Assembly: GCA_050575255.1 (NCBI GenBank)
Contig: JBNZDD010013629.1
Span: 2,889,059-2,953,058, forward strand
DNA from: Harriotta raleighana
Taxonomy: Eukaryota
Reading direction: 5' to 3'
DNA length: 64,000 nucleotides
Shown: piece by piece, positions 63,062 through 64,000 of the stretch
Position numbering within the stretch: the stretch's first letter is position 1
Layout: each line of letters opens with the position of its first letter
Notes under the pieces: model-generated
The model's input: the letters and a program-made list of their open reading frames with translations, nothing else
What the model was told of the DNA's origin: nothing
The model's database searches: none
Translations under genes and position numbers: made by a program

Positions 63062-63102
63062 CATATATATATATATATAATATAGATATATATATATATA
63101 AA
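63062..63102. repeat. (TA)n microsatellite in the DDX6 5' UTR
   Basis: Visible dinucleotide run ending about 8 nt before the ATG. Confidence 0.9.
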
Positions 63103-63110
63103 TACACAGA

Positions 63111-63319
63111 ATGACCACAGCCAGGACGGAGAATCCCATTATTATGGGTTTGTCTACTCAGAATGGGCAGTTGAGAGGTCCACTGAAGCCCAGCACTGGA
63201 CCAGGAGGAATGCCACCACAGCAAACCACACAGACCAACCAACAGCTCCAGCAGCTAAAACATGCCAGCACACTGAATGGCACTCAGCAGCAAGCGCACA
63301 CAACCAGCACCACCATCAA
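63111..63319 (+). CDS. DDX6: DEAD-box helicase DDX6 (RCK/p54), first coding exon (exon probably starts at 62817). Gene continues beyond the window
   Basis: [27 protein letters not shown]...[15 protein letters not shown] closely matches the vertebrate DDX6 N-terminus. Donor AA|gtaagt, acceptor ttacag| at 62816. Confidence 0.95.
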
Positions 63320-63594
63320 GTAAGTCTCTTTTACAAGAATACTTAGAAAATCCTTAGCTGCTATTGTTTGTTAACTAGTTTTACTATTTTCAGCATTTAA
63401 AAAATGTTTTGTTTACAAAAACAGCTGCAGTGCCATGACTATTCAGTATGCCTCAACCGAACCTCAGTTCCTGACTTTATCCCATTTTCTGCTGATTTAA
63501 GACCTTTACTTCTGTGCCCAACTTGTAACACTTTTAGTATTTGACTCTTGAAGACTCTTGATTTGTGAGGATAGAAATGGTGACNNNNNNNNNN

Positions 63595-64000
63595 TGTGTT
63601 GGCAGCATGAGTATGTTGGTTGGTTTTGGACAGGTGCTGAGTGAATTTTCAAAGCAAAATGTTAGTAAGCAATCCATGTAACATCAAAAGAGATTTTATC
63701 ATAATTGAGTCTTCTATCCTTCTGCTGTTTGTAAAGGAACACAAGTCTGCTAGTCGGGAGAAAGCAGGATGAGGTTGAAGTGGTTTGTGTGTGTTTTTTA
63801 ATGCCTTTGCATCTTGCGCAGTTCTGGAGGAATGGTTTTGAGTCCATGTCAAGTAAAATTTCTATTTAAAAATTAATTTGAAAGAATTGTCCTAGTCAGT
63901 TTTAAAATTGCTTCTTGACTATTTATAGAATGCCCTTGCTGTCTGACATTATGGTAATCTATTCTGCAGTAGGGAAACACCTTAACAGTCGAATTTTAAA
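63595..64000 (+). repeat. Apparently exact copy of 61990-62395 directly after a 10-N gap
   Basis: Identical ORF translations at a 1605-bp offset, and sequence identical by eye. Confidence 0.9.

Noticed and set aside
1-64000. CRISPR arrays, operons or other prokaryotic systems
   Set aside because: The sequence is vertebrate, with spliceosomal introns. The recurring repeats are dispersed SINE/LINE copies, not regularly spaced arrays.

Overview
Eukaryotic (vertebrate) genomic DNA, most likely a cartilaginous fish. The taxon is inferred from the repeat landscape (tRNA-headed Deu-domain SINEs, L2 and CR1 LINEs, Penelope-type relics) and from protein divergence. The window holds the BCL9L-CXCR5-DDX6 block known from human 11q23.3. 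BCL9L is on the + strand with 8 phase-consistent coding exons (22173-38272, about 1533 aa). CXCR5 is on the - strand with 2 exons (45625-42868, 353 aa), convergent with BCL9L. The 5' end of DDX6 is on the + strand (CpG-island promoter near 57.0-57.5 kb, first coding exon 62817-63319). The rest is intronic or intergenic and dense with SINE, LINE and MITE fragments. There are two assembly gaps, and the last ~400 bp look like a false duplication. I found no wholly new multi-gene system. The most interesting observations are: loss of both cysteines of the chemokine-receptor N-terminus/ECL3 disulfide in CXCR5; a ~100-aa candidate N-terminal exon plus a candidate alternative first exon in BCL9L; Penelope-type hammerhead ribozyme relics in introns; and several readable insertion or repair scars. 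Repeat boundaries are approximate.
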